DNA of 64,000 nucleotides, taken from contig CAMAYP010000002.1 in the NCBI GenBank assembly GCA_945862415.1, positions 294 to 64,293 on the forward strand, given 5' to 3'. The position numbers and the translations under genes were made by a program. Each line of letters begins with the position of its first letter. Position 1 is the first letter of the stretch. Below are positions 48,385-57,355 of the stretch, piece by piece. Under the pieces are notes generated by a model. That model did no database searches. It saw nothing but the letters and a program-made list of their open reading frames with translations, and was not told the origin of the DNA. The DNA comes from Chryseobacterium gleum. Its GTDB lineage: Bacteria; Bacteroidota; Bacteroidia; Flavobacteriales_D; Sanyastnellaceae.

Positions 48385-49857
48385 ATGAAACACACTACCA
48401 TAACAACCCTGGGAGAACTAAAGCAAGCAGGGTACGCGTCAAAAACAATGAAAGAAGAGCTGCGCTCCAACCTCATTCGACACATGGAGCGAGGCAGCAA
48501 TCCTTTCAAAGGCATTATCGGCTACGACGAGACTGTATTGCCCGATGTGCAGCGCGCTATCTTGAGTGGACACAGCATCAACTTGTTGGGGTTGCGCGGA
48601 CAAGCAAAAACACGCATTGCGCGCACCCTCACCGAATTGCTCGATGAGTGGATACCCTGTGTGGAAGGCAGTGAGCTCAACGACGACCCATTGCACCCCA
48701 TCAGTCGCACAGCAAAAGACTTGGTGGAAACCCACGGCGATTTGACGCCCATTCGCTGGATGCATCGCGCGGAGCGTTATGTAGAGAAACTAGCGACACC
48801 CGATGTGAGTGTAGCCGATTTAATTGGTGATATCGATCCGATTAAAGCAGCAAACCTGAAACTGGCCTACAGTGATGAACGCGTAATTCACTTCGGACTC
48901 ATCCCGCGCAGCCACCGCTGCATTTTCGTCATCAATGAACTGCCCGACTTGCAAGCGCGTATTCAGGTTTCGTTGTTCAATATTTTGCAGGAAGGCGATA
49001 TTCAGATTCGCGGATTTCAATTGCGTTTGCCACTCGACATTCAGTTCATCTTCACGGCAAACCCCGAAGATTACACGAACCGCGGCAGCATCATCACACC
49101 GCTGAAAGACCGTATTCAAAGCCAAATCATCACGCACTATCCGAAGAGCATTGCGCTCGGAATGGAAATCACTCAACTGGAAGCCCGCCACACCAAAGAC
49201 CAGTTGAAGCGAGTAACTGTCTCACCATTCCTTCGCGAGTTGGTTGAGATGGTAGCATTCGAAGCACGCGAAAGTGAATACGTAGATCAGAAAAGCGGAG
49301 TATCGGCGCGTCTCACCATCAGTGCAATGGAAAACCTAGTGAGCAGCGCCGAACGCAGAGCCATCATCAACAAAGAAAAGAAAACACATACCCGTGTTGG
49401 TGACCTCATGTCGATTGTTCCGGCGATAACCGGCAAAGTTGAATTGGTCTATGAAGGGGAACAAGAAGGACCGCACTTTGTAGCCAACCGCTTGTTGGGA
49501 ATGGCCATTCGCAAAAAGTTTCCACAGATATTTCCGAGTCCGGAAACCATCAAGCGCAAGAAAATCCAGAACCCATATCAGCCGATCATCGATCATTTAG
49601 CGGCTGAAAACGTTCAGATACTCATCGATTTCCCACGCGATGAATATGCTAACGCGCTTTACAGCATTCCCGTGCTGCATGAAATAGTCGACAAATATTG
49701 CCCCGGTATACAAGACGAAGAAAAACTCATGATGATGGAGTTTGTGCTCCACGGCTTAGCCGAGTTTTCTGTCATTGGAAAAACGATTATGGACAGCAGC
49801 ATTGAGTTTAGCGACATCATGAACGACATCTTTCGCAACGATAAAGACAACGATTAA
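48385..49857 (+). CDS. AAA+ ATPase of the Mg-chelatase ChlI/BchI-like clade (often auto-annotated as sigma-54-interaction-domain protein)
   Basis: The sequence is collinear with ChlI. The P-loop region reads NLLGLRGQAKTRIAR. The Walker B region reads RCIFVINELPDL. Also seen: FIFTANPEDYTNRGSIITPLKDRI. The gene starts 11 nt after the VWA gene. Confidence 0.7.
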   Translation: MKHTTITTLGELKQAGYASKTMKEELRSNLIRHMERGSNPFKGIIGYDETVLPDVQRAILSGHSINLLGLRGQAKTRIARTLTELLDEWIPCVEGSELNDDPLHPISRTAKDLVETHGDLTPIRWMHRAERYVEKLATPDVSVADLIGDIDPIKAANLKLAYSDERVIHFGLIPRSHRCIFVINELPDLQARIQVSLFNILQEGDIQIRGFQLRLPLDIQFIFTANPEDYTNRGSIITPLKDRIQSQIITHYPKSIALGMEITQLEARHTKDQLKRVTVSPFLRELVEMVAFEARESEYVDQKSGVSARLTISAMENLVSSAERRAIINKEKKTHTRVGDLMSIVPAITGKVELVYEGEQEGPHFVANRLLGMAIRKKFPQIFPSPETIKRKKIQNPYQPIIDHLAAENVQILIDFPRDEYANALYSIPVLHEIVDKYCPGIQDEEKLMMMEFVLHGLAEFSVIGKTIMDSSIEFSDIMNDIFRNDKDND

Positions 49858-52385
49858 CGCTTCACGAAGCGAACACTTTGAAGTGCTTCAGAGCCCTGTG
49901 ACTCATAGCCGAGCAAATAGGTGCCTGCAGTCAGTTCTGCTACATCCATGGTCAATTGGTAATGGCCTTCATGCAGTGTTCTGCGCATCTCTTTGGCTCG
50001 GTTGCCCTTTGCATCATATACCACAAAGGAGCCGTGCAAATTGCGTTGGTTGTGAACGTTGATGAGTAATTGATCGCCCACCGGGTTACCTACGATTGCA
50101 AAGGGTGCAATGACTGTTCGCTCCAATGACTCCACATTCGAAAACACCTCGGAATACAAATCGTTTTCCCACACCCCGCGGCCAAATGTGCCTATGCGCA
50201 GCTTGCGTGAGGAGTATTGAATTTCCAAATCGCTCACCATGGTGTTGGGCAAACCTGCTCCGTAATAAATCCACTCCTGCGAAGCTTCATCCAACACAAA
50301 CACGCCCACATCGGTTCCTATGTATAGGTCGTGTTGCTCGCTTTGTTTGTCTATCACAGCTCCATTAACGGGCACATTGGGAAGATTGTAGGTTACGTTG
50401 GTAAACGTCAAGCCCGCATCGGTAGAGTAAAAAACTTTCTTGGTGGCTGCATAGCCCGAGAAGGTCACCCAGAGCTCATTGGCATTATTCGGATCCACGG
50501 TGATGGTTGTTATTTCAGCTGCTCCTGCGCCCAATACCACGAGTTCATTATCCCAGTTTTCACCTGCATCGTGTGTGATGTAAAGCATCGCACCACGCCC
50601 TGCATAGATCGTGAATTGATCGTTAGGAGCAACGGCCACGGCCTTCAATTTGCGCTCGGGATCTCCCGTTAAGTCCACGCTGAGTTGTTGCCAAGTTTCA
50701 CCCCGATCGTCGGAACGAAACACATCGCTATAACCTGCAACCAATACATGCGCATCTTGCGGATCGAGCACATACGGGGCCACCCAATCGCCTCCGCCTG
50801 AGCCCGGGGGCGTGATTTCATTGTATTGGTCATCTTGCCACTGATCATCGGAACGATACAATTGACCGTAGGTGTAGGTCGTGTAGATCGTTTGCCCATC
50901 CTCGAAATCAATAGCGACCTCCATGCCATCACCACCGTTGGTAGGTCCCCAAGTATCGGGCGAAACGCGCTTGCGTCCGCCGTTGTCTTGCGTACCGCCA
51001 ATCATGAAAATATCGTCGGTTTGTGCAACGGCTATTCGGTAGTATTGTGTGATGATAAGACCCGCGGTAAGCTCGGTCCATTCCATGGTTTGCTCATTGA
51101 ACTTATAAATTCCGCCGTCGTTGCAGAAATAGATTTCATTCGTAAGCGGATGATAGGCAACAAAACGATTGTCGGCATGTACCTCAGGGCGCTCTCCGGT
51201 GTAATACCAATCTGTGAGCTGCTCCCAATCGAGGCCGCCATTCACGGACTGATGTGTTACCATGAAGCCACAATACACGTTTGAGGAGTTCACGGGTGAA
51301 GTAAAGAGCACGCCATCATCAGGCATTGCATCAATAAAGTCCACTGTTGTTCCACCGTTATAGGTGGCGTAATAATCTTGAATACCGTCCACACTCGATT
51401 TGATTCCGAGGTATTGCTGTTCTCCGGGGCTAACGGCGAGATACAGATAATTGGCTGTTTGGTTGAATTCGGTTATTTGCGTCCACGTGTCGCCGTGATC
51501 CCATGAAGCATACACCTCGCTGCTTCCCCAGTAATCATCGGTGGCGCAATAGAGCTCGCCATTCACGCCGGGTTTCAACGCCACGTCCAAATGCGATCCT
51601 GAGTGAACCACTTCCCAAGTATCGCCACCGTTTTGCGTGCGATACAACCCATTGGTTTGAGCAACAAAGAGTTCTTCCGGGTTGGCAGGATTGATAGCCA
51701 TCCGCAGATAGGCAACGTTGTTGGTGAAATACGAGGTATTTCCTGTAGGCTGCCAAGTAACTCCCGCATCGTATGACTTGTACACTCCAAGTCCGTAGTT
51801 CCACCAACCGTTGTGATCGCCAACGGTGATGTAGATGATGTCCGGGTTGTTTGGGTTGATACAAATATTTCCTACGCTCACATAGGGAAGTGAGTCGCCT
51901 AGCGCGGCATACGTAAGCCCCCCATCGGTAGTTTTCCAGATACCACCGATAGGAGCGCCTACATAATATATTTCAGGATTCGTTGGGTGAAATGCAATCG
52001 AAGTTGCTCTGCCCATTCCGTTATAACCACCATCGCCGTAGGTCTGATTGATGTTTACCCACGGGCTCTGCACATCACGATTATTCGCTTCGTATTGCAG
52101 ATTTTGATAAACTCGATTTTGCTCAATTAGGTTGGGGAACGAGCCGTCTTCATTGACTCTGCTTCTCCAGTACCACTCCCATCGTTTGAAGCGAATGTAT
52201 TCGTTGTCGGTATAAAGCTCGTCAGCATTCAGGCCACTGTTCGAGAAGTATTCACTCGCTTCATCAACGATATCGAAAAAATTCGAACTACCCGACGCTG
52301 CGCTGTAGTGGAAGTTTTGTCCTGCCGTGTTGGATGCAACGAGCACGCAAACGAGCAAGGCAACACCGGCGAATAATCTGTTCAT
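49854..52385 (-). CDS. Secreted BNR/Asp-box beta-propeller protein (sortilin/VPS10- or GH74-like) with a T9SS type-A C-terminal sorting domain
   Basis: The start was moved to MNRLFAGVALLVCVLVASNTAGQ (ATG at 52385). There are at least 8 Asp-box-like motifs (SYDAGVTW, TQNGGDTW, SWDHGDTW, SDDRGETW, THDAGENW and others). The C-terminus reads GNPVGDQLLINV...FVVYDAKGNR...LTAGTYLLGY...VRFVKR. Confidence 0.75.
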   Translation of the reverse strand: MNRLFAGVALLVCVLVASNTAGQNFHYSAASGSSNFFDIVDEASEYFSNSGLNADELYTDNEYIRFKRWEWYWRSRVNEDGSFPNLIEQNRVYQNLQYEANNRDVQSPWVNINQTYGDGGYNGMGRATSIAFHPTNPEIYYVGAPIGGIWKTTDGGLTYAALGDSLPYVSVGNICINPNNPDIIYITVGDHNGWWNYGLGVYKSYDAGVTWQPTGNTSYFTNNVAYLRMAINPANPEELFVAQTNGLYRTQNGGDTWEVVHSGSHLDVALKPGVNGELYCATDDYWGSSEVYASWDHGDTWTQITEFNQTANYLYLAVSPGEQQYLGIKSSVDGIQDYYATYNGGTTVDFIDAMPDDGVLFTSPVNSSNVYCGFMVTHQSVNGGLDWEQLTDWYYTGERPEVHADNRFVAYHPLTNEIYFCNDGGIYKFNEQTMEWTELTAGLIITQYYRIAVAQTDDIFMIGGTQDNGGRKRVSPDTWGPTNGGDGMEVAIDFEDGQTIYTTYTYGQLYRSDDQWQDDQYNEITPPGSGGGDWVAPYVLDPQDAHVLVAGYSDVFRSDDRGETWQQLSVDLTGDPERKLKAVAVAPNDQFTIYAGRGAMLYITHDAGENWDNELVVLGAGAAEITTITVDPNNANELWVTFSGYAATKKVFYSTDAGLTFTNVTYNLPNVPVNGAVIDKQSEQHDLYIGTDVGVFVLDEASQEWIYYGAGLPNTMVSDLEIQYSSRKLRIGTFGRGVWENDLYSEVFSNVESLERTVIAPFAIVGNPVGDQLLINVHNQRNLHGSFVVYDAKGNRAKEMRRTLHEGHYQLTMDVAELTAGTYLLGYESQGSEALQSVRFVKR

Positions 52386-52390
52386 CACAC

Positions 52391-53155
52391 TTAGTTCTCC
52401 GGCTTCACATTGGCGGCCAAGTACTCGCGATTCATACGCGCAATGACCTCCAAGGAAATGTTTTTCGGGCACTGTACTTCGCACGCACCAATGTTGGAGC
52501 AGTTTCCGAAACCTTCTTCGTCCATTTGCTTCACCATGTTGAGCACGCGCTCTTTGCGTTCTACCTGTCCTTGCGGAAGCAAAGCGAACTGAGAAACCTT
52601 TGCTCCAACAAACAGCATTGCGCTGCCATTCGGACAAGTTGCCACGCAGGCCCCACAACCGATGCAAGTAGCAGCATCAAACGCCTTGTCGGCATCTTCT
52701 TTCGGAATTGGAATTGCGTTGGCATCCATCGTACGTCCGCTGGTGTTTACCGAAACGAATCCACCGGCTTGCTGAATGCGGTCAAACGCGCCACGGTTCA
52801 CCATCAAGTCTTTGATAACCGGGAAACCTTCGCTTCTCCATGGCTCAACATAAACCGTATCGCCATCCTTAAACGAGCGCATGTGCAGCTGGCAAGTAGT
52901 TACACCGCGATTTGGACCGTGAGCCTCACCATTGATGAACATGCTGCACATACCACAAATACCTTCGCGGCAATCATGATCAAAAGCAACAGGATCGTCA
53001 CCCTTCTTCACAAGGTCCTCGTTGAGCACGTCGATCATTTCGAGAAACGACATGTCGGGAGAAACGTTAGTGACGTTGTAGTCGACAATCGCACCCTTAT
53101 CCGTGGTGCTCTTTTGTCTCCAGACCTTCAGCTTGAGGTTCATTCCTTTTTCCAT
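52391..53155 (-). CDS. sdhB: Succinate dehydrogenase/fumarate reductase iron-sulfur subunit
   Basis: Cluster motifs seen: [11 protein letters not shown] (2Fe-2S), [12 protein letters not shown] and [12 protein letters not shown] (4Fe-4S/3Fe-4S). Confidence 0.95.
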   Translation of the reverse strand: MEKGMNLKLKVWRQKSTTDKGAIVDYNVTNVSPDMSFLEMIDVLNEDLVKKGDDPVAFDHDCREGICGMCSMFINGEAHGPNRGVTTCQLHMRSFKDGDTVYVEPWRSEGFPVIKDLMVNRGAFDRIQQAGGFVSVNTSGRTMDANAIPIPKEDADKAFDAATCIGCGACVATCPNGSAMLFVGAKVSQFALLPQGQVERKERVLNMVKQMDEEGFGNCSNIGACEVQCPKNISLEVIARMNREYLAANVKPEN

Positions 53156-53236
53156 GAGTTTTTATCTTGTTGGGTCGCGCAGCAGCGCGACCATACCGTT
53201 TAACTTAATCGTATTGCCTTGAGTGCTGCAAGAAGG

Positions 53237-55237
53237 CTACTTGTAGCTTCGCTGTTGCACTTTAATGTTTTCGTAGATCAAATCTTCCTTGTTCAACTTA
53301 GGTGTCGACGGATCACCCGACCATTCCCAAGCCGCAACATATTTGAAGTTCTCGTCATCGCGAAGTGCTTCGCCGTCTTCCGTTTGATATTCTTCGCGGA
53401 AGTGACCGCCACAACTTTCATTGCGGTTGAGTGCATCCCAACACATCAACTCACCGAGATCAATGAAGTCGGCCACGCGAAGTGCTTTGGCCAATTCGGT
53501 ATTCATATGCAGCGATTGATTTGGTACGCGGGCGTTGGCATAAAACTCTTTGCGTATTTGCTGAATCTCAGCAATTGCCCCTTTCAATCCTTTTTCAGTG
53601 CGCGCCATTCCACACTCGTTCCACATCACCTTTCCTAAACGTCTGTGATAATGGTCGACCGGTTCCGTTCCGTTGTTGTTGAGCAAGGAATCAATTTGCT
53701 TACGCACATTCTTTTCAGCTTCATCGAACTCAGGCGACTGCGTTGAAATTTTTCCGGTACGAATTTCATCGGCTAAGTAATTACCAATGGTGTACGGCAA
53801 TACGAAGTAACCATCGGCCAGGCCTTGCATGAGCGCAGAGGCTCCAAGTCGGTTAGCACCGTGATCACTGAAGTTGGCCTCGCCACATGCGAACATGCCG
53901 GGCACGGAGGTCATCAACTCATAGTCGACCCACAAACCTCCCATGGTATAGTGCACCGCGGGGTAAATCATCATGGGTGTTGTATACGGATTCTCAGCAA
54001 CGATTTGCTCGTACATCTGAAACAGGTTTCCGTATTTCTGCTCCACCACTTTCGTTCCGAGTTCAATAATTTGTTGCTCGGTCGCATTGTGAATTCCTTT
54101 CACGTTGGCTTGAGCCTTTCCGTAGCGAATGATAGCCGAAGAAAAATCAAGATAAACAGCTTCTCCGGTAGCATTCACCCCAAAACCTTCATCGCAACGC
54201 TCTTTGGCCGCACGCGACGCGATGTCGCGAGGCACGAGGTTACCGAACGCAGGGTATCTTCTTTCTAAGTAATAATCGCGACGATCTTCTGCAAGATCTT
54301 GCGGCTTCAATCGCTTGGCGCGAATAGCCTCTACATCTTCTTTATGCTTGGGCACCCAAATACGGCCATCGTTGCGCAACGACTCCGACATGAGTGTTAA
54401 CTTCGACTGATGATCACCGCTCACCGGAATACAGGTTGGGTGAATCTGCGTAAAACAAGGATTGGCGAATGCAGCACCGCGCTTGTGCGCGCGCCATGCG
54501 GCTGTCACGTTGCTTCCCATAGCGTTCGTTGAAAGGAAGAATACGTTGCCGTATCCACCGGAACACAACACAACGGCATGAGCTGAGTGGCGCTCCAATT
54601 CGCCGGTCACCAAGTTGCGGGCTATGATACCGCGAGCCTTTCCGTCCACGATTACCACGTCGAGCATCTCATGACGGTTGAGCATTTCAACGGTGCCCTT
54701 GCCAATTTGGCGCGATAACGCGGAGTATGCACCCAACAACAATTGCTGTCCGGTTTGTCCTTTTGCGTAGAACGTACGCGAAACCTGCGTACCACCAAAC
54801 GAGCGGTTATCGAGCAATCCGCCGTAATCACGTGCAAATGGCACGCCTTGAGCAACGCATTGGTCAATGATGTTGGTGCTTACCTCCGCCAAGCGATGCA
54901 CGTTGGCTTCGCGCGAACGGTAGTCGCCACCTTTAATCGTGTCGTAGAACAAACGATAGGTAGAGTCCCCGTCGTTCATGTAATTTTTCGCAGCATTGAT
55001 ACCCCCTTGGGCGGCGATACTGTGCGCACGACGCGGCGAATCCTGGAAGCAGAGTGCCTTCACACTGTACCCCATTTCAGCCAGCGATGCTGCCGCAGAG
55101 GATCCGGCAAGACCGGTACCTACCACAATCACATCAATGCTTCTTTTGTTGGCCGGGTTAACCAGGCGAACACTTCCCTTGTATTTGGTCCACTTCTGAT
55201 CGAGTGGTCCATCGGGTATTTTCGAATTGAGCTCCAT
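53237..55237 (-). CDS. sdhA: Succinate dehydrogenase/fumarate reductase flavoprotein subunit
   Basis: Motifs seen: [19 protein letters not shown] (FAD), [14 protein letters not shown] (covalent-FAD His) and [10 protein letters not shown]. Confidence 0.95.
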   Translation of the reverse strand: MELNSKIPDGPLDQKWTKYKGSVRLVNPANKRSIDVIVVGTGLAGSSAAASLAEMGYSVKALCFQDSPRRAHSIAAQGGINAAKNYMNDGDSTYRLFYDTIKGGDYRSREANVHRLAEVSTNIIDQCVAQGVPFARDYGGLLDNRSFGGTQVSRTFYAKGQTGQQLLLGAYSALSRQIGKGTVEMLNRHEMLDVVIVDGKARGIIARNLVTGELERHSAHAVVLCSGGYGNVFFLSTNAMGSNVTAAWRAHKRGAAFANPCFTQIHPTCIPVSGDHQSKLTLMSESLRNDGRIWVPKHKEDVEAIRAKRLKPQDLAEDRRDYYLERRYPAFGNLVPRDIASRAAKERCDEGFGVNATGEAVYLDFSSAIIRYGKAQANVKGIHNATEQQIIELGTKVVEQKYGNLFQMYEQIVAENPYTTPMMIYPAVHYTMGGLWVDYELMTSVPGMFACGEANFSDHGANRLGASALMQGLADGYFVLPYTIGNYLADEIRTGKISTQSPEFDEAEKNVRKQIDSLLNNNGTEPVDHYHRRLGKVMWNECGMARTEKGLKGAIAEIQQIRKEFYANARVPNQSLHMNTELAKALRVADFIDLGELMCWDALNRNESCGGHFREEYQTEDGEALRDDENFKYVAAWEWSGDPSTPKLNKEDLIYENIKVQQRSYK

Positions 55238-55267
55238 TCTTTTTTAAGGTGCTTTAATCTACATTCA

Positions 55268-55960
55268 TTAATGAACCCATCCCATGTACATGCTCACCGG
55301 CATTGCGGCAAAAACTGTTGGGATCAAAACACTGAACAAATCGCCGCAAAATGCAATGCCATTCTTGTATTTGGTGTAGTTCAAACCAAGCGACTGGAAT
55401 GCACTGCGGAAGCCATGCAACAGGTGCCAGAAGAGTGAGAAACATCCAAGGACGTATACAATTACAACCCACAGGTGGCTGAATACAAACTTCATCTCGC
55501 CATACAAATCTTCCAACTTATGTCCTTCAAAGAAGACATGCGTTGGTTGCACGGTCAAACCCGTGATGCGTGATCTCAGCCAAAAGTGATAGAGGTGCAA
55601 AATGAGGAACAACAAAATAAGCGTCCCCAAGAGCGCCATGCTGCGCGAATACCACTTGCTACTCGCAGAGGGCTTTTCATAGGCATACTTTACAGGACGT
55701 GCAGAGCGGTTTTGAAAAAAGAGCATCAGACCATCCACAACGTGAGCGATGAGGCCCCCGAAAAGCACAATTTCCATTGTGCGAATAATGATGTTGGTTC
55801 CCATGAAGTGTGCTCCCTGATTGAACAGCATTCCGCCATCATTGGCGAAAATCAATGCGTTCAATGCACAGTGCACTACAAGAAATGAGATGAGAAAAAG
55901 ACCGGTAATAGACATCCAGAACTTCTTCATCAACGAGCTTCCAAAAAGACCTTTTGCCAT
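55268..55960 (-). CDS. sdhC: Succinate dehydrogenase cytochrome b subunit (b558 family, 5-TM)
   Basis: The protein is a 230-aa polytopic membrane protein with conserved His in its TM helices. It sits immediately upstream of sdhA and sdhB. Confidence 0.85.
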   Translation of the reverse strand: MAKGLFGSSLMKKFWMSITGLFLISFLVVHCALNALIFANDGGMLFNQGAHFMGTNIIIRTMEIVLFGGLIAHVVDGLMLFFQNRSARPVKYAYEKPSASSKWYSRSMALLGTLILLFLILHLYHFWLRSRITGLTVQPTHVFFEGHKLEDLYGEMKFVFSHLWVVIVYVLGCFSLFWHLLHGFRSAFQSLGLNYTKYKNGIAFCGDLFSVLIPTVFAAMPVSMYMGWVH

Positions 55961-56059
55961 AGCGTGGTTTGGGTTGAAAAATGTTGCGCGAATTTATACT
56001 ACACAAAGTAATGCAGAAACCTGCTTCCACAATTTAGGTTCATTCGATATAAGACCACC

Positions 56060-56500
56060 TTATTGCTTCCCGGTGCTGCCAAAACCTCCGGCCCCTCGGG
56101 CTGTGTCATTAAGCATTTCAGTTTCAGCCCAAACGGACTGCTCGTAGCGTGCAATCACGAGTTGAGCAATACGATCACCGTCTTGAATTTGCATGGTTTC
56201 ATTGGATAGATTGACCAGGATTACCTTGATTTCACCACGGTAATCAGCGTCGACAGTGCCGGGCGAGTTAAGAACGGTTACTCCTTGTTTAGCGGCCAAA
56301 CCACTTCTTGGACGAACCTGGGCTTCAAAACCGGCAGGCAACGCTATGAAAAGACCCGTGGGAATTATCGCTCTTTCCAGCGGACGAAGGCTTACGGCCT
56401 CATCAATATTGGCGCGCATATCCATGCCCGCCGATTGCTCAGTCTCATAGGCAGGCAACGCGTGCTTAGAGCGATTGATAACTTGTACTTGCACCGCCAT
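56060..56500 (-). CDS. dut: dUTP diphosphatase
   Basis: Motifs seen: [28 protein letters not shown] and [11 protein letters not shown]. Confidence 0.95.
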   Translation of the reverse strand: MAVQVQVINRSKHALPAYETEQSAGMDMRANIDEAVSLRPLERAIIPTGLFIALPAGFEAQVRPRSGLAAKQGVTVLNSPGTVDADYRGEIKVILVNLSNETMQIQDGDRIAQLVIARYEQSVWAETEMLNDTARGAGGFGSTGKQ

Positions 56501-57282
56501 TACTTTCCTTCAAAAGTTGGTTTGCGCTTTTCAAGAAACGCCGTGGTGCCTTCGCGGAAATCGGCAGTGCCGAAACAACGGCCGAACTCACGAATTTCCT
56601 CATTGAAGCCATTGACGCCGAGTTTAAATCCGGCATTCACCGAGCGCAATGCAGCCGCGATGGCCGTAGGTGAGTTTTTTGCAATCTTCTGCGCCATCTC
56701 AAGCGCCTTTGGCATTAATTCGGCCGGAGGAACCACGTGATTTACCAACCCCCATTGCATGGCTTCAGCAGCGGTAAGCATCGAAGCAGAGGTAATCAAC
56801 TCAATGGCCTTTCCCTTGCCTACAAGCTGCGCCAGTCGCTGTGTGCCACCGTAGCCGGGTATCACGCCCAACGTTACTTCGGGCAAACCCATTTTCGCAT
56901 TATCGGAGGCAATGCGCATGTGGCACGACATGGCCAATTCCAGTCCGCCACCAAGTGCAAAACCATTAACCGCTGCTATTACAGGCTTACTCATGTTTTC
57001 TACAAAATCAAACAAGAGCTTATGCCCCAAGGCACTCAAGAGTCGGCCTTGCTCTACACTATAGTCCGCAAACTCTTTAATGTCAGCTCCGGCTACGAAC
57101 GCCTTCTCACCGCTGCCTGTTATGACAATCGCGCGCACGTCGCTGTTTACATCGGCGAGCGCTAGTGCTTTGTTGAGCTCTTGAATGGTTGTGCCGTTCA
57201 ACGCATTCAATTGCGCCGGACGGTTGATGGTGATGGTCATTACCGATTGTTCGGTGCTCACCAGAATATTTTCATATGCCAT
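56500..57282 (-). CDS. Enoyl-CoA hydratase/isomerase (crotonase) family protein
   Basis: Motifs seen: [29 protein letters not shown] and [12 protein letters not shown]. Its stop overlaps the dut start (TAATG). Confidence 0.9.
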   Translation of the reverse strand: MAYENILVSTEQSVMTITINRPAQLNALNGTTIQELNKALALADVNSDVRAIVITGSGEKAFVAGADIKEFADYSVEQGRLLSALGHKLLFDFVENMSKPVIAAVNGFALGGGLELAMSCHMRIASDNAKMGLPEVTLGVIPGYGGTQRLAQLVGKGKAIELITSASMLTAAEAMQWGLVNHVVPPAELMPKALEMAQKIAKNSPTAIAAALRSVNAGFKLGVNGFNEEIREFGRCFGTADFREGTTAFLEKRKPTFEGK

Positions 57283-57355
57283 GGGTTTCGGTATTAAAAA
57301 GTGCGGCTAAGATATTCGTGGAAAGCACAGCCTGTATGTGCTGGTGTTGAAAGAA

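Noticed and set aside
52386-52667. A 94-codon N-terminal extension of the 937-aa ORF-track protein, which would overlap the 3' end of sdhB.
   Set aside because: The extension is Arg/Gly-rich junk in an alternative frame of sdhB. A canonical signal peptide (MNRLFAGVALLVCVLVASNTAGQ) begins at the internal ATG at 52385, 5 nt after the sdhB stop.
52334-55438. Long + strand ORFs (52334-53203, 289 aa; 53825-54268; 54743-55438, 231 aa) antisense to sdhB, sdhA and sdhC.
   Set aside because: They lie entirely antisense to genes with unmistakable Fe-S and FAD motifs. Their translations are low-complexity and Arg/His-rich with no recognisable motifs, as expected for shadow ORFs.
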